A DNA stretch of 64,000 nucleotides from contig CAWGZZ010000013.1 of assembly GCA_963827095.1 (NCBI GenBank), forward strand, positions 139,037 through 203,036, in the 5' to 3' direction. The notes below the pieces were generated by a model. It did not search any database and was not told the origin of the DNA. It saw only the letters and a list, made by a program, of their open reading frames with translations. Shown in pieces: positions 19,094 to 28,527 of the stretch. Source of the DNA: an uncultured beta proteobacterium. Lineage in GTDB: Bacteria; Pseudomonadota; Gammaproteobacteria; Burkholderiales; Casimicrobiaceae. The translations under genes and the position numbers were made by a program. The first letter of the stretch is position 1. Each line of letters begins with the position of its first letter.

Positions 19094-20160
19094 CGACGGC
19101 TCCGCCCGCGGCGGCATCGGCCGCGCGCGGCGATCGACGCCGGGCGCCGGCTCGCGGCATCGCCGCCATCCGCTGCGCGATCTTGTCGAGCACGCCGTTG
19201 CGTCACTTCGGCGTAGGCCTTGGCGATCGCGTACCGAGAACGCGAGCTTGTCGGCGCCGCCGTGGCTCTTGACGACGATGCCCTTCAGGCCGATCAGCGT
19301 GGCGCCGTTGTAGCGGCGCGGGTCGATGCGGCGCTTGAACGCCTGCAGCACCGGGTAGGCGACCAGCGCCGCGAGCTTGGTCAGCGGGTTGCGCGTGAAC
19401 TCCGCCTTGAGGAACTCGTAGAGCATCTGCGCGAGGCCCTCCGAGGTCTTCAGCGCGACGTTGCCGACGAAGCCGTCGCAGACCACGACGTCGGTCGTGC
19501 CCTTGAAGATGTCGTTGCCTTCGACGTTGCCGTGGAAGTTGAGGCCGGAGGCCTTCAGCAGCTCGGCGGCTTCCTTGACGACGTCGTTGCCCTTGATGTC
19601 CTCCTCGCCGATGTTGAGCAGGCCGACGGTGGGCTGCTCGATGCCGTCCACGGCGGCGGCGAGCGCCGCGCCCATCACCGCGAACTGCACCAGCTGCTCG
19701 GGCGTGCAATTGACGTTGGCGCCGAGGTCGAGCACGTGCGTACGCCGCGTCTTCGGTCGGCAGCTGCGCGGCGATCGCCGGCCGGTCGATGCCGGGCAGC
19801 ATCTTCAGCACGAAGCGCGAGATCGCCATCAGCGCGCCGGTGTTGCCGGCCGACACGCAGGCCTCGGCCGTCGCCGTCCTTGACCAGGTTGATCGCGACC
19901 CGCATCGAGGAGTCTTTCTTGTTGCGCAGCGCGAGCGCGGGCGGCTCGTGCATCTCGACCACTTCGCTCGCGGCGTGGATGCGTCAGCCGGTCGCTGCGC
20001 TCGAGCGCAGCTTCGCGAGCGCGGCGCGCAGCGGCGCTTCGAGGCCGACGGCGATCACCCGCGCGTCGGGCGTGCGCTCGAGGAAGTCGAGCGCGGCCGC
20101 CAGCGTCACCGACGGGCCGTGGTCGCCCCCCATCGCGTCGATGGCTACGGTGACAGGCAT
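19086..20160 (-). pseudogene. plsX: phosphate acyltransferase PlsX; several frame breaks
   Basis: Segments: [27 protein letters not shown] | [12 protein letters not shown] | [28 protein letters not shown] | [22 protein letters not shown]...[12 protein letters not shown]...[13 protein letters not shown]...[16 protein letters not shown]. It sits in the canonical position between rpmF and fabH. Confidence 0.85.
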
Positions 20161-20242
20161 GCGCAGGATGCCGCGTGCTACGGTCGTCATTCCGGCGGGC
20201 GGCGGACGCGCGGCGGCCCGCGGACCGCGGTCGCGCCGGTCG

Positions 20243-20425
20243 CTACTCGTCGGCCTTGGTCTTGACGACCTGCTTGCCGCGGTAGTAGCCGCTCGGGCTG
20301 ATGTGGTGGCGCCGGTGCGTCTCGCCGGTGACCGGCTCGACGGCGAGCGCCGGCGCGGCGAGCGAGCTGTGGGCGCGGTGCATGCCGCGCTTCGACGGCG
20401 ATTTCTTGTTCTGCTGGACAGCCAT
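20243..20425 (-). CDS. rpmF: 50S ribosomal protein L32
   Basis: [53 protein letters not shown]. 60 aa, intact. Confidence 0.95.
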   Translation of the reverse strand: MAVQQNKKSPSKRGMHRAHSSLAAPALAVEPVTGETHRRHHISPSGYYRGKQVVKTKADE

Positions 20426-20482
20426 GGGTTTCTCCTGACGTAGGTGCTGCAATCCGTGTTCATCTGCCGGCCCGCGCCGGGT

Positions 20483-21034
20483 TCAGCGTCGGGCCTTCTT
20501 TCCTGGTGCCGCTTTCAGTCCGGCCAGCGCCCCGAACGGCGACGCGCTGCCGGTGGCCTCGCCCGCCGCCGCCGCCAGCCCGGTCCCGGCCGCAGGGCAC
20601 TGCGCCTCGGGGCATCGGGGGGCAAACGGCAGCGTCAACAGCAATTCGTCCTCGACCAGCGCCAACGCATCGAGCGGCGCATCGGCCAGGAGCACTTCAT
20701 GCTCGTGGTCTTCCTCGTCGAGCCGCGCCAGCTCGCCTTCGTCGCGCGCGAGCAGCAGCAGCGTCGACTGCTCGACCGGCCAGGCGAAAGGCTGCAGGCA
20801 CCGCTGGCACGTGAGCGGCACCACGCCGGACAGCGCCACTTCCAGCGCCGGCCGCCCGCCCGCGTCGGCGCTCCCGGTGATCCGGTAGTCGACCTGCGCA
20901 GTCCCGCCTTCCTCCGCGAGCAGGTCGGACACCCGCGGCAACGCGGCGGCGTCGACCCGTCCGGCGATCACCGCCTGCCGCGCTGCGACGCCGTAGCCGT
21001 CGAAGCGGCCTTCCGGTTTCATTGGACGACGCAC
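20483..21034 (-). CDS. yceD: YceD/DUF177 family protein (23S rRNA accumulation protein)
   Basis: Conserved position upstream of rpmF. CQRCLQPF ... LPFAPRC is the Cys pattern typical of DUF177. The ORF is intact. Confidence 0.8.
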   Translation of the reverse strand: MRRPMKPEGRFDGYGVAARQAVIAGRVDAAALPRVSDLLAEEGGTAQVDYRITGSADAGGRPALEVALSGVVPLTCQRCLQPFAWPVEQSTLLLLARDEGELARLDEEDHEHEVLLADAPLDALALVEDELLLTLPFAPRCPEAQCPAAGTGLAAAAGEATGSASPFGALAGLKAAPGKKARR

Positions 21035-21256
21035 AGCGGCTCCCCGTCATCCGGTCGAGCCCTGTGCCGCAGCCCGCCGATCGTGCTCGACCTGCCGGTC
21101 GGGGCCCGGATCGTCGCTGCCGATCCGGTCGCGCAACCCGTCGATCAAAAACGTTGGATAATACCGCGACCGCCCCCGCATGTCAAAAAATGTCCACAAA
21201 AACAACGCGCAATCCGCCTGCCTCCGCGAACGGCTCCGAGCTCCGCCCGACCGCTC

Positions 21257-21835
21257 GTGCTGGCGTCGACCTCGCGCTACCGTCGCGCCCTGCTGAACCA
21301 GCTCGGCCTGTCCTTCGCCGTCGCGTCGCCCGCCACCGACGAGACACCGCTGCCGGGCGAGACCCCGGTGCATACGGCGCTGCGCCTCGCCGAAGCCAAG
21401 GCGCGCAGCGTGGCGCAGGATCATCCGGCCGCGCTGGTGATCGGCTCCGACCAGGTCGCCGATTGCGACGGCCGCGCCGTCGGCAAACCCGTCGACCACG
21501 CCGACGCGGTGGCGCAGCTGACGGCGCTCTCCGGCCGGACGGTGGTGTTCCATACGGGACTGGCGCTGCTCGACGCCGCGACCGGCGACTGCCAGACGGC
21601 GATGATCGACGTCCGCAGCACGTTCCGCGAGCTCGCACCGGCGGAGATCGAAGCCTACCTGCGGCGCGACCAGCCCTATGACTGCGCGGCGTCGGTCAAG
21701 TCGGATGCGCTGGGCATCGCCCTGTTCGTCCGCATCGAAAGCGACGACCCGACCGCGCTGGTCGGCCTGCCCTTGATCCGCCTGACCGACATGCTCCGCG
21801 CCGCCGGCGTCGCAATCCTGGCGCAGCCCGGCTGA
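21257..21835 (+). CDS. Maf-like nucleoside triphosphate pyrophosphatase (YceF type)
   Basis: LASTSRYRRALLNQLGLSF...ATDETPLPGE...LVIGSDQVADCDGRAVGKP...YDCAASVKSDALGIALF...DPTALVGLPL. The open frame begins at GTG 21257, only 1 aa before LASTS. An ATG at 21190 (MSTKTTRN...) joins it only through a +1 hop near 21250, so the N-terminus is uncertain. Confidence 0.8.
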   Translation: MLASTSRYRRALLNQLGLSFAVASPATDETPLPGETPVHTALRLAEAKARSVAQDHPAALVIGSDQVADCDGRAVGKPVDHADAVAQLTALSGRTVVFHTGLALLDAATGDCQTAMIDVRSTFRELAPAEIEAYLRRDQPYDCAASVKSDALGIALFVRIESDDPTALVGLPLIRLTDMLRAAGVAILAQPG

Positions 21836-21880
21836 TCGTTGCCGGCTCGCACCCCACGCACCCCCGTTGCGAGCGCGAAC

Positions 21881-22588
21881 ATGCCGGGCCGCCTCTTCCT
21901 CGTTCCGAACCTGCTGGGGGTGGTGCCGCCCGGGAATGTCCTGCCTGCGCGGACGATCGCGGTCGCGGGCGGGCTCGCGCATTACGTCGTCGAGAACGCG
22001 AAGCCCGCTCGCGCGTTCCTGAAGACGATCGGCACGGCCGTTCCCCTGCAGCAGATCGAGATCACCGAGCTGGGCGCGGACCCGTCGCCACAGCGCTGCG
22101 CGCAGCTGCTGGCGCCCGCACGTGCCGGGGCCGATCTCGGGATGCTGTCGGATGCCGGCTGCCCGGGTGTGGCCGACCCCGGCTCGCTGCTGGTCGCCGC
22201 CGCGCACGGCGAGGGCATCGCCGTGGTGCCGCTGGTCGGGCCCTCGGCGGTGCTGCTCGCCTTGATGGCTTCCGGCATGAACGGCCAGGGCTTCACCTTC
22301 CACGGCTACCTGCCCGTCAAGCCGGAGGCGCGGGCGGACGCGATCCGCCGGCTGGAGGCCGCATCGCGCGAGTCGGGCGCGGCGCAGCTGTTCATCGAAA
22401 CGCCCTATCGCAACGCGGCGCTGATCGGGGCGCTCGCCGCCACGTGCAGGCCCGGCACGCGCCTGTGCGTCGCCGCCGATCTCACGGCCGAGACCGAGAC
22501 GATCGAGGCGCGGGAGATCCGCGCGTGGCGCGGCCGCGATCTCACCGCCTACGCAAAGCGTCCGGCGATGTTCGTGCTGCAGGCGTGA
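21881..22588 (+). CDS. SAM-dependent methyltransferase, tetrapyrrole-methylase (RsmI-like) fold
   Basis: MPGRLFLVPNLLG...MLSDAGCPGVADPGSLLVAAAH...VVPLVGPSAVLLALMASG...FIETPYRN. Intact. The longest ORF starts at 21839. Confidence 0.7.
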   Translation: MPGRLFLVPNLLGVVPPGNVLPARTIAVAGGLAHYVVENAKPARAFLKTIGTAVPLQQIEITELGADPSPQRCAQLLAPARAGADLGMLSDAGCPGVADPGSLLVAAAHGEGIAVVPLVGPSAVLLALMASGMNGQGFTFHGYLPVKPEARADAIRRLEAASRESGAAQLFIETPYRNAALIGALAATCRPGTRLCVAADLTAETETIEAREIRAWRGRDLTAYAKRPAMFVLQA

Positions 22589-22597
22589 GGTTTCCGC

Positions 22598-23032
22598 CTA
22601 CGTGTGGTCGTCGCTGATGTAGCTCTTCAACATCCGGTTCTCGAAGCTCTGCTCTTCGTAGACCGCCTTGGCGACGTCGTGGAACGAGATCACCCCGAGC
22701 AGCGTCGTGCCGTCGAGCACCGGCACGTAGCGGGCGTGGCGCTCGAGCATCATCCGCCGCAGATCCATCACGTCGAGCTTCGGACCCGCGGACGGCGGAT
22801 CGCGCATGACGATCGCGCCGACGGAGAGATCGCCCAGCGTGCCGCCGCGCTCGGCCAGCGCCGCCAGGACCTCGGCGAACGTCAGCATTCCCGTCATCCG
22901 GCCCTTGTCCATCACCACCAGAGAGCCGATGTCGAGCTGGACCATCACCTTCACCGCCTCGACGACCAGCGCCTCGGACGGCGTGGTGTACAGGGTGGTG
23001 CCCTTGATGCGCAGGATTTCGCTGACCAGCAT
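22598..23032 (-). CDS. CBS domain pair protein
   Basis: MLVSEILRIKGTTLYTTPSEALVVEAVKVMVQLDIGSLVVMDKGRMTGMLT...HARYVPVLDGTTLLGVISFHDVAKAV shows two CBS motifs. Intact. Confidence 0.8.
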   Translation of the reverse strand: MLVSEILRIKGTTLYTTPSEALVVEAVKVMVQLDIGSLVVMDKGRMTGMLTFAEVLAALAERGGTLGDLSVGAIVMRDPPSAGPKLDVMDLRRMMLERHARYVPVLDGTTLLGVISFHDVAKAVYEEQSFENRMLKSYISDDHT

Positions 23033-23129
23033 ACGGCCTCCTCGGGGCGCGCCCCTTTCCGCCACGCGCGGCGCTCAGGTTACTCCGGGCGCGCCCTGAG
23101 ACGCAACGGGCAACGCGGCGCCCGCCCCG

Positions 23130-25369
23130 CTACTTGTAGAGGACCTGTGGCAGCCAGAGGCCGATCGCCGGCCAGATGTACAGCAGCGCCAGCGCGAGGA
23201 CCTGGATGCCCATGAACGGCATCATTCCGGCGAAGATCTGGTTCAGCGTGACGTGCTTCGGCGCCACGCCCTTCAGGTAGAACGCGGCCATCGCCACCGG
23301 CGGCGACAGGAACGCCGTCTGCAGGTTGAGCGCGACCAGCAACCCGAAGAACAGCGGGTCGATGTTGAATTTCGCCAGCAGCGGAATGAAGATCGGCATG
23401 AAGATGACGATGATCTCCGTCCATTCCAGCGGCCAGCCGAGCAGGAAGATGATGACCTGCGCGAGGATCATGAACTGGATCGGCGTCAGGCCGAGCGAGA
23501 GCACCCAGTGCTCGACCACTTCCTGCCCGCCCAGCAGCGCGAACGCGGCGGAGAAGATCGACGAGCCGACGAACAGCCAGCACACCATCGCCGACGTCTT
23601 GGCGGTCAGGAACACCGACTCCTTCACCGTGGACTGGAGCTTCACCTGGAACACGGCCAGCAGGCACCACACCGCCGTGGCGCCGATCGACACCCAGCCC
23701 ACCCACAGCGGCGGTCCGGATTCCAGGACCTCGAACTTGTACAGCAGGAACCACACGACCGACACGCCGAGCAGGAGCCACAGGGGCAGCCACATGCGAG
23801 AAGATGCGGCGGACCCGGTCGGGCGGATTCTTGAGCAGCGCATACACCGCCGCCAGCGCGAAGCCGCCGAACGACCCGACCGCCGCCGCCTCGGTCGGCG
23901 TCGCGAGCCCGAACACGATCGAGCCCAGCACCGCGAGGATCATCACCGCCAGCGGGAAGAACGACGACAGCAGCATCTTGAAGATTTCGAGGCGGGGGAA
24001 GGTGAAGATCAGGTAGAACGTGAGCAGGCCCGCGGCGCCGATCGCCAGAACGATCCAGAAGGCGTTGGGTGCCGGGATCCGGTGCCAGTCGGCGGCAGGG
24101 GCTTTGGCTTCGGCTTTCGCCACCGGCGCCGCCGTCTTGCTCGGCGCAGCCGCCGGCGCTCTCGGTCGCGAGCAGCGCCCGCCGGCGGCGCCGCGACGGC
24201 GGGCGCCTGCGCAGCGCCCGCGGCCGGCGGCTCGGCAAGGCCGGTGGCGGCCTTTTCCGTGTCGGCCGGCGGCTCGGCGAGCCCGGTCCCGCCCTTGTCC
24301 GCCTCGGCCGGGGGTTCGGCGAGCCCCGACCCGGCCGCCTCGGCCGCCTGGGCCGGCTGGCCGAGGCCGGAATCGGCGCCCATCTGCTGCAGCGCCGAGG
24401 TGTCTTCGACGACGTCGGGCTTGGTCAGCGCGTGCCAGGTGAGCCCCATCAGCACGGCGAACACGATCGCCGGCATCAGCGTCGTCGCCAGCTCGCGGAC
24501 CAGCGGTCGGTTGGACGCCGCGGCATTGCCCGATCGCTTCAGGCGCAGAGAGCAGGCCGGGCAGGACCCGGTTGCCGCCCGCGGCGACGATCGCCGCGGT
24601 GTGCGGGGGCAGCGTGACCTTGCGCTCGCTCTCCGCGCAGCGGCGGCGCGAGGTCCGGCCGGATCTTGGCGAGGATCATCACGTAGGCGATGTAGAGCCC
24701 GGCCAGCATGATCCCCGGGAAGAAGGCGCCGGCGTAGAGCTGCACGACCGAGACGCCGGCCACGGCGCCGTAGACGATCAGCATCACCGAGGGCGGGATC
24801 AGGATGCCGAGGCAGCCGCCGGCGGTGATCACGCCGGCGGTGACCTTGATGTTGTACCCGGCGCGCAGCATCGCCGGCATCGCGAGGAGGCCCATCAGCG
24901 TCACCACGGCGCCGACGATCCCGGTGGCGGTGGCGAACACCGCGCAGGTGATCAGCGTCGCCACGGCCAGCGACGCCGGCACGCGCGCCAGCGCGAGATG
25001 CAGGCTCCGGAACAGCTTCTCGATCAGGTTCGAGCGCTCGACGAGGTAGCCCATGAACACGAACAGCGGGATCGAGATCAGCACGTCGTTGGACATCACC
25101 GCGTACGCGCGCTGCACCATCAGGTCGAGCGTCTGCTGGGTGGCGAGCGCGGGGTTCTGGCTGGCGTAGGCGAGCCACGCGAACATCACCCCCATGCCCA
25201 TCAGCGTGAACGCGGTGGGGAAGCCGAGCATGATGGCGACGACGATCAGCGCCAGCATCAGCAGGCCGAGGTGGCCGTTGGTCATCTGCGACGGCGCCGG
25301 CATCAGCACGAACACCATCACGACGACCAGCGCCATGATGGACAGGCCGAACCAGACTTCCTTTCTCAT
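23130..25369 (-). pseudogene. TRAP transporter large permease (DctM family) with a ~270-codon internal insertion; about five frame breaks
   Basis: N-terminal half: MRKEVWFGLSIMALVVV...GFPTAFTLMGMG...IPLFVFMGYLVERSN...ILIPPSVMLIVYG. Insert: ...LMPAIVFAVLMGLTWHAL..., an Ala/Pro/Glu repeat linker, then ...FWIVLAIGAAGLLTFYLIF. C-terminal half: LGLATPTEAAAVGSFG...LTPIQFMILAQVIIFLLGWPLEWTEIIVIFMPIFIPL...LSPPVAMAAFYLKGV. The ATG overlaps the small-permease stop (ATGA). Confidence 0.85.
24221..24346. repeat. three tandem 42-bp units inside the TRAP large-permease insertion (14-aa repeats)
   Basis: Units at 24221-24262, 24263-24304 and 24305-24346 each begin cggccgg(c/g)gg(c/t)tcggc(a/g)ag. In the coding frame they read AAGSGLAEPPAEAD / KGGTGLAEPPADTE / KAATGLAEPPAAGA. 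Confidence 0.8.
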
Positions 25370-25993
25370 TTCGCCCCCGCCTCGCTCGCGACCACGATTT
25401 CGTCAAGCCTGGCGATGTCCTCGTCCTTCACGTGGACCATCGCCTTCAGCTTGTCGACGTCGACTTCCTCGACGTCCTCCTCGCGCGAGGGCCATTCGCC
25501 CTGTTTCAGGCAGATCACGCAGCGGATGATCTCGACGATCCCCTGCACCAGCAGGAAGATGCCCGCCACCGGGATGATCGTCTTGAACGGGTAGATCGGC
25601 GGGCCGTCGGCGGTGATGTTCGAGTGCTCGCTGATCGCCCAGGATTCGCCGGCGTAGCGGTAGCCCGCCCAGCAGAAGGCGATCACGCCGGGAATGAAGA
25701 AGACGAGGTAGAGCGCGAGGTCGAGCCCCGCCTGCAGCCGCGGCGGAAAGAAGCCGTAGAGCACGTCGCCGCGGACGTGGCCGTTCTTCGACAGCGTGTA
25801 GGCCCCCGCCATCATGAACAGCGTGCCGTACATCATGATCATGACGTCGAAGGCCCAGGCGTGCGGCTGCCCGAGCGCGTAACGCGAGAACACTTCCCAC
25901 GAGATGAGCAAGCGTGAGCGAGACGATCAGCCACGCGAACAGGTGGCCGACCCAGGTGCTGACCTTGTCGACGAACAGCAGGGCTTTCTGCAT
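25366..25993 (-). pseudogene. TRAP transporter small permease (DctQ family); one +1 frame break
   Basis: MQKALLFVDKVSTWVGHLFAWLIVSLTL | LISWEVFSRYALGQPHAWAFDVMIMMYGTLFMMAGAYTLSKNGHVRGDVLY... The hop lies near 25910. The 628 nt equal 627+1. Confidence 0.8.
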
Positions 25994-26061
25994 GGCTCGA
26001 TTCCCCCGATGACGGCGCCGGAGGCGGCACCGGTGACGGCCGCTGCCTCCGAATCCGGGCG

Positions 26062-26101
26062 ATCAAATGAAAACACCATCCGGGCGCGTGCCGGATGGTG
26101 T
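26062..26101 (-). terminator. intrinsic-terminator-like hairpin between the TRAP binding-protein gene and the permease genes
   Basis: The minus strand reads caccatccgg-cacgcgc-ccggatggtg (10-11 bp stem, 26073-26101) followed by TTTTCATTT. It lies 20 nt after the binding-protein stop (26122). Confidence 0.6.
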
Positions 26102-26121
26102 CTTCGCTCCCTGGGTCAGCG

Positions 26122-27294
26122 TCAGGCCTTCTTCGGGGCGGGCTTGGCGCCGAAATAGTGGTTGTACGCCATGCGCCGGTTGACGTAGGTGTCGAGGTCC
26201 CAGCGCACCGTGCGCTCGGCGAACTTCTTCTGCGACTCGACGATCTCCTTGAACAGCGCGTTCTCGCCCGACTTCTTCTCGGCCACCTGGTCGTAGATCT
26301 CGATCTGCTTCTGCAGGATCGCATCGGGCGTCTTGTAGAACTTGACGTTCTGCTTGGTCTGCAGCTCGATGTAGTCCTGCGAGTAGCGGTCGATCGCCTT
26401 CCACGACATGTCGGCGGACGACGCTTCGACGGCGTTGGCGATGATCGCCTTCATCTTGTCGGGCAGCGCGTCGAACTTGGTCTTGTTGAACGTGATCTCG
26501 AACTGCTCGGCGTTCTGGTGGAAGCTCTGCAGCATGCAGACCTTCGACACGTCCGGGAATCCGAGCAGGCGGTCCGACGACGCGTTGTTGAACTCGGCGG
26601 CGTCGAGCAGGCCGCGGTCCATCGCCGGGATGATTTCGCCGCCGGGCAGCGCGTTGACGGCCGCGCCCATGCCGGTGAAGACGTCGATCGAGATGCCGAC
26701 GGTGCGGTACTTGAGCCCCTTGAAGTCGTCGACCTTGGTGATCGGCTTCTTGAACCAGCCGAGGGGCTGCGTCGGGTGCGGCCCGTACGGGAACGACACG
26801 ACGTTGGCGCCGATCGACGCGTAGAGCTTCGCCAGGAGCTCGCGGCCGCCGCCGTACTTGTGCCACGACAGCAGCATGTTGCCGTCCATGCCGAACGCGG
26901 GGCCGGAGCCCCACAGCGCCAGCGCCGTCTGCTTGCCGTAGTGATAGACCAGCACGCCGTGGCCGCCGTCGAGCGTGCCCTTCGACACGGCGTCGAGCAG
27001 CCCGAACGCGGGCACCACGGCGCCCGCGGGCAGCACCTCGATCTTGAGGTCGCCGCCGGTCATGTCGTTGACCTTCTTCGCGTAGTCGAGGGCGAATTCG
27101 TGGAAGATGTCCTTCGACGGCCACGTGCTCTGCCAGCGCATCGTGATCGGGCCGGTCTGGCCTTTGGCGATCATCGGGAAGCCCAGCGTGGCGCCGGCGG
27201 CCGCGGCGCCGGTCGCGGCGCGCAGGAACTTGCGGCGCGATCCGGTCGTGGGGGTGGATTCCGGCGACGCCGGAAGGGTCGATTTGCGGGTCAT
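26122..27294 (-). CDS. TRAP transporter substrate-binding protein (DctP family) with a Tat-type signal
   Basis: Intact 390 aa. SRRKFLRAATGAAAAGATLGFPMIAKG is a twin-arginine leader. ...MRWQSTWPSKDIFHEFA...GLKYRTVG...NASSDRLLGFPDV... Confidence 0.85.
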   Translation of the reverse strand: MTRKSTLPASPESTPTTGSRRKFLRAATGAAAAGATLGFPMIAKGQTGPITMRWQSTWPSKDIFHEFALDYAKKVNDMTGGDLKIEVLPAGAVVPAFGLLDAVSKGTLDGGHGVLVYHYGKQTALALWGSGPAFGMDGNMLLSWHKYGGGRELLAKLYASIGANVVSFPYGPHPTQPLGWFKKPITKVDDFKGLKYRTVGISIDVFTGMGAAVNALPGGEIIPAMDRGLLDAAEFNNASSDRLLGFPDVSKVCMLQSFHQNAEQFEITFNKTKFDALPDKMKAIIANAVEASSADMSWKAIDRYSQDYIELQTKQNVKFYKTPDAILQKQIEIYDQVAEKKSGENALFKEIVESQKKFAERTVRWDLDTYVNRRMAYNHYFGAKPAPKKA

Positions 27295-27475
27295 GCTTCC
27301 TCCGATGAAGTTGCGCCGCGGCGCGGCGCCCTGGATGGCTGTCGTGACGGCTGCGGTCGGATGGGATCGACGCGGGCCAACCCGCCTGCGTCCACCGTTT
27401 CCGACTCTTCCTTGAAGTGTATACCGGTCCCTTCGCTCGCGTCCATTGCGTCCGCGGGCCTCGGGGTCCGGATCG

Positions 27476-28114
27476 CTACGCGTCCATTGCGCGCCGTTCG
27501 CGCAACGCCTGCGCCAGCGTGCCGCTGTCGACGTACTCGAGCTCGCCGCCGACCGGGACGCCGCGCGCGAGCCGGCTCACCTTGAGCCCGCGCGCGCCGA
27601 GCAGCTCGCCGATGTAGTGCGCGGTCGCCTCGCCCTCGTTGGTGAAGTTGGTCGCGAGCACGACCTCCTGCACCACGCCGTCGGCGGCGCGCTTCAGCAG
27701 GCGCTCGAGGCGGATCTCCTTCGGTCCGATGCCGTCGAGCGGGGAAAGGCGTCCCATGAGAACGAAATACAGCCCGCCGTACGCGTTGGTCTGCTCCACC
27801 ATCAGCAGGTCGGCGGGCGTCTCGACGACGCAGAGCAGCGAGGCGTCGCGCCTGGCGGAACGGCACAGCGCGCAGACGGCGTCCTCGGTGAAGGTATTGC
27901 AGCGCTCGCAGTGGCGGACCGTCTCGGCCGCGTGAACCAGCGCCTGCGCGAGGCGGACCGCGCCGTCGCGGTCGTGCTGCAGCAGGTGCAGCGCCATCCG
28001 CTGCGCGGCCTTGGGGCCGACGCCGGGCAGGCAGCGCAGCGCGCGGGCGAGCGCATCCTGGCCCGACGGCGCCTCGCCCGGCGGCGGCGCTCGCCCCTCG
28101 CGACGCGGTTCCAT
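27476..28114 (-). CDS. recR: recombination protein RecR
   Basis: [20 protein letters not shown] (HhH), [16 protein letters not shown] (Zn finger), [16 protein letters not shown] (Toprim). Intact. Confidence 0.95.
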   Translation of the reverse strand: MEPRREGRAPPPGEAPSGQDALARALRCLPGVGPKAAQRMALHLLQHDRDGAVRLAQALVHAAETVRHCERCNTFTEDAVCALCRSARRDASLLCVVETPADLLMVEQTNAYGGLYFVLMGRLSPLDGIGPKEIRLERLLKRAADGVVQEVVLATNFTNEGEATAHYIGELLGARGLKVSRLARGVPVGGELEYVDSGTLAQALRERRAMDA

Positions 28115-28129
28115 CGGACGGACTTCGCC

Positions 28130-28456
28130 TCAGAAGGGGAGCTTCATTCCGGGCGGCATCGGCATGCCCATCGTGAGCCCGGCCATCTTTTCCTGCGTCG
28201 TCGCCTCGACCCGCCGCACGGCGTCGTTGACGGCGGCAGCCACGAGGTCCTCGAGCATGTCGCGGTCCTCGGTCAGCAGCGACGGATCGATCGTCACCCG
28301 CTTGACGTCGTGCCGGCAGGTCATCAGCACCTTCACCATGCCGGCGCCGGACTGGCCCTCGACCTCGATGCGCGCGAGATCCTCCTGCGCCTTCTTGAGG
28401 TTGTCCTGCATCTGCTGCGCCTGCTTCATCAGGCCGGCGAGCTGGTTCTTCATCAT
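28130..28456 (-). CDS. ybaB: nucleoid-associated protein YbaB/EbfC
   Basis: [61 protein letters not shown]. 108 aa, in the canonical dnaX-ybaB-recR position. Confidence 0.9.
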   Translation of the reverse strand: MMKNQLAGLMKQAQQMQDNLKKAQEDLARIEVEGQSGAGMVKVLMTCRHDVKRVTIDPSLLTEDRDMLEDLVAAAVNDAVRRVEATTQEKMAGLTMGMPMPPGMKLPF

Positions 28457-28527
28457 CGGTGCAACTCCTCGCGGTGCCGCGGCGCCGCGCCGGACGACAG
28501 GTGATCCGGCGCGGACGGGCGAACGGT

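Noticed and set aside
24221-24346. The tandem repeats at 24221-24346 (42 bp x 3) and 41413-41517 (15 bp x 7) as CRISPR arrays.
   Set aside because: The units are directly adjacent with no unique spacers. Their lengths are multiples of 3 and read in frame with the surrounding gene. No cas genes or leader are nearby.
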